From positions 15,149 through 79,148 of the forward strand of contig JBBQZX010000028.1 in assembly GCA_038207335.1 (NCBI GenBank): 64,000 nucleotides of DNA, given 5' to 3'. The stretch comes from Chthoniobacterales bacterium (GTDB lineage Bacteria; Verrucomicrobiota; Verrucomicrobiia; Chthoniobacterales; Chthoniobacteraceae). Numbering within the stretch: position 1 is the stretch's first letter; each line of letters opens with the position of its first letter. Position numbers and translations under genes: made by a program. The notes under the pieces were generated by a model. The model had not been told where the DNA came from. It did not search any database and was given only the letters and a program-made list of their open reading frames with translations. Shown in pieces: positions 38,893 to 48,800 of this stretch.

Positions 38893-41442
38893 ATGATTTT
38901 TCCCCGAATCCCTCTCTCCCGTCTCCCTCTCCGCTCGATGCGGCTCGCTGGTGCTGTAGCTCTGGTGCTGGCTGGCGCGCCTTTTGTGCATGCGCTGAAT
39001 ACTGGGAATGCGGGTCCGGAGCAGGTGGAGATTAAATTCAAGCTACCGCCACCGGCGCCGCTGACGCCGGAGGAGGAGTTGGCGACTTTTAAGATCGCGC
39101 CGGGCTTTCATGCGGAGCTGGTGGCGGCGGAGCCGATGGTGAATACGCCGGTGTCGGTGAGCTGGGATGAGAAGGGGCGGATGTTTGTGTGCGAGATGGT
39201 GGGGTACATGCACGATGTGGAGGGGGCGGGGGAGGATACGCCGACGGGGCGGATCGTGGTGCTGGAGGATACGGATGGGGATGGGAAGATGGATAAGCGG
39301 ACGGTTTTCGCGGATGGGCTGGTGCTGCCGCGCGCGGTGATGTGCATGAATGGGGGGGCGCTGGTGGCGGAGCCGCCGATGCTGTGGTTCATGAAGGACA
39401 CGAACGGCGACGGGAAGGCGGATGTGAAGGAGGTGATGGATGAGCACTATGGAACGCGGGGGGGGCAACCGGAACACATGTCGAATTCGCCGACGTGGAT
39501 GCTGGATAACTGGATCATGTCGGCGAATCACCCTGTGCGGTATCGGCTGAAGGATGGAAAGCTGGTGCAGGCGGGGGGAAATTCGCCGGGGCAGTGGGGG
39601 ATGACGCAGGATGATTACGGGCGTCCGTTTTACAATTTCAACTCGGACTTTCTGCGGGCGAATCTGGTGCCGGAGGCGCTGGCGAAGCGGAATCCGAATT
39701 ACCCGCCGATGGCGGGGCTGGGCGTGCAGGTGATGAAGGATCAGGCGGTGTGGCCATCGCATCCGACGCCGGGGGTGAATCGGGGGTACGAGCCGAAGCA
39801 ATTGCGGGCGGATGGGACGCTGGCGACTTGCACTGCGACATGCGGGGCGGCGATTTATCGGGGGGGGCTTTTCGGGAAGGAGTATGAGGGGAATGCGTTC
39901 ATCCCGGAGCCGTCGGGGAATCTGGTGAAGCGGCTGATTATTTCTGAAAAAGGGGCGGTGCTGTCGGCGAAGAATGCGACGGATGGGACGGAGTTCTGGA
40001 CTTCGACGGATGAGCGTTTTCGCCCCTGCAATGCTTACTCGGGGCCGGATGGGGCGCTGTATGTGGTGGATATGTATCGGGGAGTGGTGCAGCACAAGGG
40101 CTTCCTGACCCATTACCTGATCGCGAATATCAAGGATCGGAATCTGGAGCAGCCGGTGGATCGGGGTCGCATCTGGCGGATCGTGCCGGATGGCAAGAAG
40201 CCGTCGCTTGTGAAGCTGCCGCTCGTAGGGCCGCAGCTCGTGAATTTTCTCGCGAGCCCGAATGGATGGGCGCGGGATACCTCGCAGCGTCTGCTGGTGG
40301 AGAAGAAGGATGTGGCGCTCGCGTCGGCGATCACGAAAATGGCGTGGGATGGGCCGACGCCGCTGGCGAAAATTCACGCGTTGTGGACGCTGGAGGGAAT
40401 GGGCGCGCTGACGCCGGAGGTGATCGCTAAGGACTTGCAATCGCCGGATGAAAAGGTGCGCGCGACTGCGGTGCGGCTGGCGGATCGCACGATGGCGCCG
40501 ACGCTGATGAAGATGACGGGCGACGCGAGCGTGGATGTGAAGATCGCGCTGGCATTCAATCTCAGCGAGCTGCCCGAGGCGCAGGAGGCTGTGGCAGATT
40601 TGGCGCGGCGCGCGGGGAACGATTCGCTGGTGCGCGAGGCGCTGATGTCGGGCTTGCGCGGGCGTGAGTTGGAGGTGCTGGAGGCGCTGCTCGCGGCGAA
40701 GGCCAAGCCCGCTCCGCCGGAGATCCTGGCGGCATTGGCGCAGTCGGTGCTAGCGGAGCGCCGCGGTGTGAGGGTGAAAAAGCTGATCGCGGATATTGCG
40801 TCGGAGCCGGCGAATTCGCCCGCGCAACTCGCGCTGCTGGAAGGCGCGTCGGGAAAGGCGTCGGGGAGCAAGGCGAAGCCGAAGCTGCTCTATCTCGACA
40901 GCGAATCGCCCGAGTTGGCGAAGCTCGCGACGGCGGCGAATCCAAAGGCGAAGTCGCTGGTCGCGGCGCTCGATGCGCGCGTGGCGTGGGCGGGTAAGCC
41001 GGGGGTGCCGCCGCCGCCGGTGGTGAAGCCGCTGACGGCCGCGGAGCAGGCGCTTTATGAGAAAGGCAAGGTGGTTTACTCGACGCTCTGCACGGCGTGT
41101 CATCAGCCGACGGGCACGGGCATGGATGGACTTGCACCCGCGCTGGTGGACAGCGATTGGGTGCTCGGAAAGCCCGAGATTTTACCCCGGATTGTGCTGC
41201 ACGGGCTGAGCGGGCCGATCAAGGTGAATGGGCAATCGTGGAGTCTCGAGATGCCGCCGCTCGGCGCGGCACTGACCGATGAGCAGATCGCGGGGGTGCT
41301 GACTTACATCCGGCGCGAGTGGGAGCACACGGCGTCGGCGGTGAGCGTGGAGACGGTGGCAAAGCTGCGCGCGGAGAACAAAGATCGCACGAAGGCGTGG
41401 ACGGCGGAGGAGGTCGCCGCTCTGAACAAGGCGAAGAAATAA
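38893..41442 (+). CDS. PVC-type membrane-bound dehydrogenase-like protein (beta-propeller, HEAT repeats, C-terminal cytochrome c)
   Basis: ELVAAEPMV, LEDTDGDGKMD, DERFRP, GPDGALYVVDMYRG, HALWTLEG, CTACH and EMPP. Confidence 0.88.
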   Translation: MIFPRIPLSRLPLRSMRLAGAVALVLAGAPFVHALNTGNAGPEQVEIKFKLPPPAPLTPEEELATFKIAPGFHAELVAAEPMVNTPVSVSWDEKGRMFVCEMVGYMHDVEGAGEDTPTGRIVVLEDTDGDGKMDKRTVFADGLVLPRAVMCMNGGALVAEPPMLWFMKDTNGDGKADVKEVMDEHYGTRGGQPEHMSNSPTWMLDNWIMSANHPVRYRLKDGKLVQAGGNSPGQWGMTQDDYGRPFYNFNSDFLRANLVPEALAKRNPNYPPMAGLGVQVMKDQAVWPSHPTPGVNRGYEPKQLRADGTLATCTATCGAAIYRGGLFGKEYEGNAFIPEPSGNLVKRLIISEKGAVLSAKNATDGTEFWTSTDERFRPCNAYSGPDGALYVVDMYRGVVQHKGFLTHYLIANIKDRNLEQPVDRGRIWRIVPDGKKPSLVKLPLVGPQLVNFLASPNGWARDTSQRLLVEKKDVALASAITKMAWDGPTPLAKIHALWTLEGMGALTPEVIAKDLQSPDEKVRATAVRLADRTMAPTLMKMTGDASVDVKIALAFNLSELPEAQEAVADLARRAGNDSLVREALMSGLRGRELEVLEALLAAKAKPAPPEILAALAQSVLAERRGVRVKKLIADIASEPANSPAQLALLEGASGKASGSKAKPKLLYLDSESPELAKLATAANPKAKSLVAALDARVAWAGKPGVPPPPVVKPLTAAEQALYEKGKVVYSTLCTACHQPTGTGMDGLAPALVDSDWVLGKPEILPRIVLHGLSGPIKVNGQSWSLEMPPLGAALTDEQIAGVLTYIRREWEHTASAVSVETVAKLRAENKDRTKAWTAEEVAALNKAKK

Positions 41443-41448
41443 AATCAT

Positions 41449-41489
41449 CCGCGCGCCCGGCTGCACGCCGCGGTGCGCGGTTTCTTTTT
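41449..41489 (+). terminator. Intrinsic terminator
   Basis: ccgcgcgcc-cggc...gccg-cggtgcgcgg followed by tttcttttt. Confidence 0.6.
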
Positions 41490-41515
41490 GCACGCCAGCG
41501 GCGCGGCCATTAGTT

Positions 41516-42343
41516 TTGTCGGCAGTGAATCGAAAACCCCTTGAGATCGGTGCCTGCACGCTTGGCGGAGCGGCACCGCTGTTTATTTTGGGGCCGTGCG
41601 TGATCGAGTCGGAGGAGTTCGTCTGGCGGATGGCGCGGCAGCTCAAGACGATGTGCGCGGAGATGGGCGCGCAGTTCGTTTTTAAGGCGTCGTATGACAA
41701 GGCGAACCGCACGTCGGTGAAGTCGTTCCGCGGCATGGGTGTCCGAGCGGGTTGCGAGCTGCTCGCGGTGATCGGAAAGGAACTCGGCGTGCCGGTGACG
41801 ACCGATGTGCATTCGCCTGAGGAGGCTTTGGTCGCGGGGGAGTTCATCGACATTTTGCAAATCCCGGCATTTCTCTGCCGGCAGACCGATCTCATCCAAG
41901 CCGCGTCGGAAACGGGTCGCGTGGTGAATGTGAAAAAGGGGCAGTTTCTCGCGCCGTGGGATGTGAAAAATATTGCGGACAAGGTGATCGCGTTCGGCAA
42001 CGAGCGATTCTTTTTCACCGAGCGAGGCACGACTTTTGGCTACAACAATCTCGTCGCAGACATGCGCTCGCTGTTCTGGATTCGCGAGGCTGGCTTCCAT
42101 GTGGTCTTCGATGCCACGCATTCCGTGCAGCGCCCAGGCGGGGCAGGGGACAAGACTGGTGGCGACGGCATCCTCGCGCCCGTCCTCGCGCGCGCCGCGG
42201 TGGCTGCGGGGTGCGATGGGGTGTTCATCGAGACTCACGAAAATCCCAGCGAGGCGCTCTCCGATGGACCGAATCAAGTGCCGCTCTCCGAGCTTCCAGC
42301 ATTGCTCCAACAACTCACCAAAATTCATGCACTGCTCGCTTAA
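41516..42343 (+). CDS. kdsA: KDO-8-phosphate synthase
   Basis: GPCVIE, KASYDKANRTS, QIPAFLCRQTDL, NVKKGQF, DATHSVQ. The start may be GTG 41525. Confidence 0.97.
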   Translation: MSAVNRKPLEIGACTLGGAAPLFILGPCVIESEEFVWRMARQLKTMCAEMGAQFVFKASYDKANRTSVKSFRGMGVRAGCELLAVIGKELGVPVTTDVHSPEEALVAGEFIDILQIPAFLCRQTDLIQAASETGRVVNVKKGQFLAPWDVKNIADKVIAFGNERFFFTERGTTFGYNNLVADMRSLFWIREAGFHVVFDATHSVQRPGGAGDKTGGDGILAPVLARAAVAAGCDGVFIETHENPSEALSDGPNQVPLSELPALLQQLTKIHALLA

Positions 42344-42929
42344 GTCAGTCATCTTCGCGCTCTGCCTCGCGCTCGCGACAGTCGGAGCTTTTGCAAAGGA
42401 CAAGACGAAGTCCGACAAGCCGAAAGACTCGTCGGAAAAAAAGGGCGACGACAAGAAGAAGGGTGACAAAAAGAAGGGCAAAGACTCGGACTCCAAAGAC
42501 GACAAGCCCGCGGATGGAACGCCTGGCAAGATGTCGATACCGATGGTCGAGAACCAGCCGTCGAAAGGCGTGAAGATTCCTTACTTCGGGCCGGATGGTA
42601 AGCTGCAGATGAGCTTCAACATCGTGCTCGCGACAAAGACCGATCCAGACCACATGCGAATGCAGCAGGCGCAGGTCGAGACCTTTACCGAAGACGGTGC
42701 CAGCGAGATGGTAATCGACCTGCCGGAGTCGGTGCTCGATCTCAACACCCGCGTCATCACGACCAACAAGCATGTGATGATCAAGAGGTCCGACTTTCAG
42801 ATCGAAGGACAGACGATGGAATTCAACACGGAAACCAAACAAGGCACGCTCGGCGGACACGTCCGAATGCTCATCTACAACCTGAATGAAGAAGACAATG
42901 CAAAGCCCGAACCCAAGACCGATGAGTAA
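42327..42929 (+). CDS. lptC: LptC-like LPS export protein
   Basis: Position between kdsA and lptA/lptB; signal/anchor, K/D-rich linker and beta-jellyroll-like C-terminus. Confidence 0.65.
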   Translation: MHCSLKSVIFALCLALATVGAFAKDKTKSDKPKDSSEKKGDDKKKGDKKKGKDSDSKDDKPADGTPGKMSIPMVENQPSKGVKIPYFGPDGKLQMSFNIVLATKTDPDHMRMQQAQVETFTEDGASEMVIDLPESVLDLNTRVITTNKHVMIKRSDFQIEGQTMEFNTETKQGTLGGHVRMLIYNLNEEDNAKPEPKTDE

Positions 42930-43704
42930 CCTTTCCCTCCCCGCCATCGCGTTTTTGGCGGTGCTTTCTGGAAGCGTAGCGGCCCAGGATATTTCAAAGC
43001 CGCTCACGCAAGGCGAACTGCTCAAGACGATCGACTCGATCGGCATCGGCGATCCGCTGAAGACTGCTCCGCTGAGTATCGACGACGACAAGAAGCCGGA
43101 CGCGCCTCCCGCGAAGAAGGAGAAGGGGCCGACCGAAATCACCGCGCTGGAAGCCTCGTTCGATAACAAGGAGCACAAGGCGATCTTCATCGGCGATGTC
43201 GTGGTCAATGACCCGGAGTTCAACGTGAAATGCGACAAGCTCACCGCTTTCTTGAAGCACGACGACAAGCCTGAACCGGTGAAGGCGGCAGTGACTCCCG
43301 GCGTCAAGGCGGCGACTACGCCGGTGAAGAAGCCTGCGACGCCTGCGCCGGGAAAGAAGCCCGGCCCGAATGATCCGCCGAGCAAAGGTGGCGGTGGACT
43401 CGAGAAGGCAATCGCGGAGATGAAACCCGGCGGGCAAGTGCTGATCACTCAAGACAAAGTCGAAGCCGACGGAACCGTGAGCCATAACATAGGACGCGGA
43501 CGGAAAGCTGTGTATGACGCCATTACGGGCGACATCACGCTGACGGGGATGCCCACGGTGCAGCAGGGGATCAATACTTGCATCGCGCTGCAAGAGGACA
43601 CCGTGATGGTGCTGAACCGGGAGGGCCGGATGCATGTGACTGGCCCGCACAAGACGATCATCAAGGACACAAACTCGGCCGATTCCAAGACCACGCCCAA
43701 GTGA
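42922..43704 (+). CDS. lptA: LptA/OstA-like LPS transport protein
   Basis: AIFIGDVVV, CDKL and AVYD...ITLTGMPTVQQG (OstA-like); directly upstream of lptB. Confidence 0.72.
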   Translation: MSNLSLPAIAFLAVLSGSVAAQDISKPLTQGELLKTIDSIGIGDPLKTAPLSIDDDKKPDAPPAKKEKGPTEITALEASFDNKEHKAIFIGDVVVNDPEFNVKCDKLTAFLKHDDKPEPVKAAVTPGVKAATTPVKKPATPAPGKKPGPNDPPSKGGGGLEKAIAEMKPGGQVLITQDKVEADGTVSHNIGRGRKAVYDAITGDITLTGMPTVQQGINTCIALQEDTVMVLNREGRMHVTGPHKTIIKDTNSADSKTTPK

Positions 43705-44465
43705 TTACTCCTGACGTTCCACCTCCCGCGGATGGCCAAGTAAAGCCAATCCTGCGGACTGAAAAGCTGGTCAAGATTTACGGTGGGCGAGCCGTGGTCA
43801 ACGGAATCGACATCAATCTCAAACGTGGGGAGATTGTAGGTCTTTTGGGGCCCAACGGCGCGGGCAAGACGACCAGCTTCTACATGATCGTAGGCTTGGT
43901 GCGACCGAATGGTGGACGCGTTTTTTTTGAAGACAAGGACGTGACCGACTACGCGATGTTCAAGCGGGCGCGGATGGGAATGGGATACCTGCCGCAGGAG
44001 GAGTCGATCTTTCGCAAACTCACCGTCGAGGAGAACCTGCTCGCGATCCTGGAAATGCAGCCGCTTTCAAAGAAGGAACGCAAGGCGCGGTGCGAAGAGC
44101 TGCTAACACAATTCGGCATCGATCATGTCGGAAAGCAACTGGCTCTGACTCTCTCCGGTGGTGAGAAACGGCGGCTAACGATCGCGCGCTCGTTAGTCAG
44201 CAAACCTAGCTTGCTGATGTTGGATGAGCCTTTTAGCGGCGTCGATCCGATCGCGGTGTATGATGTGCAGCAGATCATCCAAAATCTGCGCGACATGGGG
44301 CTCGGGATTCTCATCACCGACCACAATGTCCGGGAGACACTCTCCATCGTCGATCGCGCCTACCTCATCTTCGAGGGGCGAGTGGAGACTCAGGGGACCA
44401 AAGATTTCTTGATCAACGATCCTGTCGCAAGACGCATCTATCTCGGCGAAGGCTTTCAGATGTAA
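43701..44465 (+). CDS. lptB: LPS export ABC transporter ATP-binding protein
   Basis: GLLGPNGAGKTTSFY, YLPQEESIFRKL, DEPFSGVDP, TDHNVRETL. Confidence 0.96.
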   Translation: MITPDVPPPADGQVKPILRTEKLVKIYGGRAVVNGIDINLKRGEIVGLLGPNGAGKTTSFYMIVGLVRPNGGRVFFEDKDVTDYAMFKRARMGMGYLPQEESIFRKLTVEENLLAILEMQPLSKKERKARCEELLTQFGIDHVGKQLALTLSGGEKRRLTIARSLVSKPSLLMLDEPFSGVDPIAVYDVQQIIQNLRDMGLGILITDHNVRETLSIVDRAYLIFEGRVETQGTKDFLINDPVARRIYLGEGFQM

Positions 44466-44498
44466 CCAGGAACCAAAAACAGAAAGAACCAAAGCACC

Positions 44499-45077
44499 AT
44501 GCAAACTGCAAACGTCAATGTTCCCATCACAGTCACCGGCCGGCATCTCAGCATCACGGAGGCGATCAAGAGCTATGCGACCAACAAGCTGGAGCATCTG
44601 CATTTAGACTACCCGCGCATCATTGAGGCGCAGGTGATTTTGAATGTGGAAAAGCACAGGCATCACGCGGAGATCATCCTGCACTGCACGAATCACATCA
44701 CGATCGAGGCGGGGCACGAGACGGATGACATGTATGCCTCGATCGACGGGGTCGTGGCGAAGATTGGGCAGCAGATGCGGAAGTACAAGACGAAGATTAT
44801 GCGGTCGCATCGGCCGCGGCGGCATGAGGTGCAGCACTTTGAGGAGCAAGTGCTGGATGTCAGCGGCTTCGAGGAGCATGAGGAGGGCGTCGAGCCGCAA
44901 GTCATCCAGACGGAGAAGTATCCGGTGAAGCCAATGTTCGTGGACGAAGCAGTGCTGCAACTCGAGATGTCGAACCGGCAGTTCGTGGTGTTTCTCAATG
45001 CGAAGACGGAGAAGATCAACGTGCTTCATCGGCGGAAGGATGGCGGGTTTGGCCTGATGGAGCCGACGTTTTCGTAG
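44499..45077 (+). CDS. hpf: Ribosome hibernation factor (long HPF/RaiA)
   Basis: ITVTGRHL, DMYASID and C-terminal KPMFVDEAVLQL...RRKDG. Confidence 0.93.
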   Translation: MQTANVNVPITVTGRHLSITEAIKSYATNKLEHLHLDYPRIIEAQVILNVEKHRHHAEIILHCTNHITIEAGHETDDMYASIDGVVAKIGQQMRKYKTKIMRSHRPRRHEVQHFEEQVLDVSGFEEHEEGVEPQVIQTEKYPVKPMFVDEAVLQLEMSNRQFVVFLNAKTEKINVLHRRKDGGFGLMEPTFS

Positions 45078-45150
45078 GCAATAGAGGGAATGGGAGCGAC
45101 GCTCATCTTCGCTCGACACCCGCCGCCGCCGGCGCTTGCATCGGCAGACC

Positions 45151-46695
45151 ATGACTTCTCTTTGGGATCGGTATCAGCACTACTTTCTCCGTAACGACCA
45201 GCTCGGCTTCTCGATCGACGTGAGCCGAATTCGGTTCGACGACTCGTTTCTGCAAAAAATGGAGCCACTCGCGCAGCGCGCGTTCGAGCAGATGCGGGAG
45301 CTGGAAAAGGGCGCGATCGCGAATCCCGACGAGGAGCGGATGGCCGGGCACTACTGGCTGCGCGCGCCGCAACTCGCACCGACGGATGAGCTGAAAAGCG
45401 AGATCGCCGCGACGAATGCGGACATTACGGAATTTGCGAAGCAGGTTCACGCGAGCGGGCGCTTCACCGAGGTGCTGCTCATTGGCATCGGCGGCTCGGC
45501 TCTCGGGCCGCAATTCATCTCCGACGCGCTAGGGACGAACGACGATCCAATGCGGCTGCACTATTTCGACAACACCGATCCCGACGGCATGGATCGCGTG
45601 CTCGACCGTCTCGAACTGCGGCTCGAGCACACGCTCGTCGTCGTCATTTCAAAATCCGGCGGCACGAAGGAAACGCGCAACGGAATGCTCGAAGCGAAGG
45701 CGCGATACGAAAAGGCCGGGATCGATTTTGGCGCTCGGGCCGTGGCGGTCACGGGCGTCGGCAGCGAGCTGGATAAAGTCGCGGTGAGCGAGGGCTGGCT
45801 GCGGCGTTTTCCGATGTGGGATTGGGTCGGCGGGCGCACCTCGGTGATGAGCGCTGTCGGTATGGTGCCGCTGCTTTTGCAGGGCCTCGACATGCAGTCG
45901 CTGCTCGATGGCGCCGCTGCGATGGATGAGTGGACGCGCGCCGCCGAAACCGCAAAAAATCCAGCGATGATGCTTGCGCTCATGTGGCACTTTGCCGGTA
46001 ACGGGCGCGGCGAAAAGGACATGGTCGTGCTGCCTTACAAAGACCGGCTGGTGCTCTTTTCGAAATACCTCCAGCAGCTCGTGATGGAGTCGCTCGGCAA
46101 GGAACTCGACCTCGACGGAAACAAGGTGAATCAAGGCATCGCGGTCTATGGCAACAAAGGCTCGACGGACCAGCACGCCTACGTGCAGCAACTTCGTGAC
46201 GGCGTGGCGAATTTCTTCGTGACGTTCATCGAGGTGCGGAAAGATCGCGCAGGTGCGGGGTTCGAGGTCGAGCCGGGGATCACGGCGGGCGATTATTTGC
46301 AGGGGTTTCTGCGCGGCACGCGCACCGCGCTTTACGAGGGCGGGCGCGACTCGATCACCGTGAGCATCGCGGATGTTTCGCCGTTTCGCGTCGGCGCGCT
46401 CATCGCGCTGTATGAACGCGCGGTCGGCTTTTACGCGTCGCTGGTGAATATCAACGCGTATCACCAGCCCGGCGTGGAGGCCGGCAAAAAGGCGGCGACT
46501 GCGGTGGTTCAGCTTCAGGCGCAGGTAAAAAAAGCGATTTCCTCGAATGCGCAGACTGCCGGGGAAATCGCGGATTTAATCGGTGGCGAAAGCGAGGCGG
46601 TTTATCACGTCCTCACGCATCTCGCAGCGAACGATCCAGCGGTGGAATTGACGCGCGGCGACTCGCCGGAAAGCGATCAGTTTTCCAATACCTGA
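45151..46695 (+). CDS. pgi: Glucose-6-phosphate isomerase
   Basis: [40 protein letters not shown]. Confidence 0.96.
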   Translation: MTSLWDRYQHYFLRNDQLGFSIDVSRIRFDDSFLQKMEPLAQRAFEQMRELEKGAIANPDEERMAGHYWLRAPQLAPTDELKSEIAATNADITEFAKQVHASGRFTEVLLIGIGGSALGPQFISDALGTNDDPMRLHYFDNTDPDGMDRVLDRLELRLEHTLVVVISKSGGTKETRNGMLEAKARYEKAGIDFGARAVAVTGVGSELDKVAVSEGWLRRFPMWDWVGGRTSVMSAVGMVPLLLQGLDMQSLLDGAAAMDEWTRAAETAKNPAMMLALMWHFAGNGRGEKDMVVLPYKDRLVLFSKYLQQLVMESLGKELDLDGNKVNQGIAVYGNKGSTDQHAYVQQLRDGVANFFVTFIEVRKDRAGAGFEVEPGITAGDYLQGFLRGTRTALYEGGRDSITVSIADVSPFRVGALIALYERAVGFYASLVNINAYHQPGVEAGKKAATAVVQLQAQVKKAISSNAQTAGEIADLIGGESEAVYHVLTHLAANDPAVELTRGDSPESDQFSNT

Positions 46696-46699
46696 CCTC

Positions 46700-47419
46700 A
46701 TGAAACCGCCAGCCACAGCTGCGGCCCCGGACATGGAAGAGGTGCAAGTCCCGCTCGGGCTCGTCGCGAAATTCGTGCGCCAACTCTCGCACGACGAGCG
46801 CAACAACCTCGGCTCCATCGACCTCCAAGCCGCATACTTGGCTGAGATCGTCGAGGATCCGGAGATCGCCAGTGAGCTGAAAAAGCTGCGCGGAATGGTC
46901 GCGAGCGCCGCGAAAATGCTGCAAGGCGTCTCGGCGAATTTTTGGCTGCCGAGGCTCAATCTCGTACCGCTCGACGCCGCGATTTTTCTCGAAGATTTCC
47001 GCGACCGGCTTCGTAAACTTTTTCCTGAAGCCGCGGCTGAAATTCAATGGACGGTCGAGCTGGAGGGCGAAGAAATCGCCGTCGATCTCGAACTGATCTT
47101 CATCGCGCTTTCGGAGATTTGCCGGAACGCATTTCACTTTCAGGACACCACCGAGCCGGTCGCGATCCGGGTCGCAATCGAGAGCGGGCGATGGATTTTC
47201 GAGGTGAAAGAAAAACGCGCGGCGGTCGAGACTCCGCCGGAGACGTGGGGGCTCACACCGCTGGTTTCCACACGGCGCGGCGGATACGGGCTCGGGCTTT
47301 TTCACTGCCGACAAATCATCGCGCAGCACGGCGGAGAGTTGGAATTTCGCCACGACTCCGCTGCTGCCGAACTCACGGCGCGAGTCGCGCTGCCGCTTGC
47401 TTCCGACGATGGCCGATAA
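46700..47419 (+). CDS. Sensor-less histidine kinase-like protein (HisKA + HATPase_c)
   Basis: H-box LSHDERNNL, N-box EICRNA, G2 GGYGLGL and HGG; no input domain and no DxGxG. Confidence 0.75.
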   Translation: MKPPATAAAPDMEEVQVPLGLVAKFVRQLSHDERNNLGSIDLQAAYLAEIVEDPEIASELKKLRGMVASAAKMLQGVSANFWLPRLNLVPLDAAIFLEDFRDRLRKLFPEAAAEIQWTVELEGEEIAVDLELIFIALSEICRNAFHFQDTTEPVAIRVAIESGRWIFEVKEKRAAVETPPETWGLTPLVSTRRGGYGLGLFHCRQIIAQHGGELEFRHDSAAAELTARVALPLASDDGR

Positions 47420-48800
47420 ACCGGTGATGAAACTCGTTGTCATCGACGACGAGCGCACGATCCTGCTGACGCTTGAGGCCACGCTGAAACGGCACGGTTA
47501 TGAGCCGCACATGGCCGCGACCGCATCCGCCGGGACGAACCTCGTGCGCAAGCTGAATCCCGCGCTGGTGCTGCTCGATCTCGGGCTGCCGGATGCCGAT
47601 GGGCTCGACGTGCTGCGATCGTTCAAAAGCGAGTTCCCGGCGATCCCGGTCATCATCGTCACTGCGCAGGATTCACTGAGCAATGCGATCGAATCGATCA
47701 AGGAAGGCGCGTTCCATTTCATCAGCAAACCCTACGCGCCAGAGGAACTGTTGAGCCTCGTGAAGCGCGCGATTGAACAGCGCGAACTCGCGCAGGAAGC
47801 GCAGAATTTGCGGGCTGAAAAGAAGCAGCTCTCGCAACGGCTCGAACGCGCGGAGAAGCAGCTCGCGCCGGTGAACAAAAGCCGCTCGATGCGCGAGGTG
47901 AATGAACTCATCGAACGCGTCGCGCCGACCGATGCGAACATCCTGCTGACCGGCGAGAGCGGCGTGGGCAAGGAGGTTTTCGCAAATCACATCCACCGCT
48001 CCAGCGCGCGCGCCGGCGGTCCGCTCGTGAAGCTGAACTGTGCCGCATTTCCCACGAACATGATCGAGGCCGAGCTTTTCGGTTACACGAAAGGCGCATT
48101 CACCGGCGCGGTAGCCGACTTTCCCGGCATGATCAGCGAGTCCTCCGGAGGCACGCTTTTTCTCGATGAAATCGCCGAGATGCCGCCCGAATTGCAGACT
48201 CGTTTTTTGCGCGTCTTGCAGGAACGCGAATATCGCGCGCTCGGCAGCACGAAAACCGTGGCGTCGAATTTTCGCCTCGTCGCCGCGACCAACCGCAACA
48301 TCGTCGAAGCCGTGCGCGACGGCGATTTGCGTCAGGATCTTTACTACCGCCTGAATACATTTCAGGTCGCCATCCCGCCGCTGCGCGAGCGCACCGAAGA
48401 CATCCCGGCGCTCGTCTCGAGCTTCCTCGAGCACTTCTCCGCGAAGATGGGAAAGGTCTCGCCAACGATCACACCGGAAGCCTTTCAAATGATGTTGCAG
48501 TACGGCTGGCCGGGCAACGTGCGCGAACTGCAAAATGCGATCGAGTATGGTGTCGTTCTTGCCGACAACGGCGCCATCACGCCGAAGCAATTACCGCGCG
48601 AGATCCAGCTCCCCGTCGCGCTTCAAAATCTCCCTCCGACCGCGAGCGGCGACTCGCTGAAACTCGGCGAGCACGAGAGGCAGACGATTCTCAAGGCGCT
48701 CGCGCAGTCGCATGGGAACAAGAAAAAGGCGGCGTCGATTTTGGGCATCCACCGGCCCACACTTTACTCCAAAATGAAGAGATTCGGGATCGAGCTGTGA
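47409..48800 (+). CDS. Sigma54-dependent NtrC-family response regulator
   Basis: Receiver (DD, LDLGLPD, KP), GESGVGKE, GAFTGA, WPGNVREL and a Fis-type HTH. Confidence 0.95.
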   Translation: MADKPVMKLVVIDDERTILLTLEATLKRHGYEPHMAATASAGTNLVRKLNPALVLLDLGLPDADGLDVLRSFKSEFPAIPVIIVTAQDSLSNAIESIKEGAFHFISKPYAPEELLSLVKRAIEQRELAQEAQNLRAEKKQLSQRLERAEKQLAPVNKSRSMREVNELIERVAPTDANILLTGESGVGKEVFANHIHRSSARAGGPLVKLNCAAFPTNMIEAELFGYTKGAFTGAVADFPGMISESSGGTLFLDEIAEMPPELQTRFLRVLQEREYRALGSTKTVASNFRLVAATNRNIVEAVRDGDLRQDLYYRLNTFQVAIPPLRERTEDIPALVSSFLEHFSAKMGKVSPTITPEAFQMMLQYGWPGNVRELQNAIEYGVVLADNGAITPKQLPREIQLPVALQNLPPTASGDSLKLGEHERQTILKALAQSHGNKKKAASILGIHRPTLYSKMKRFGIEL

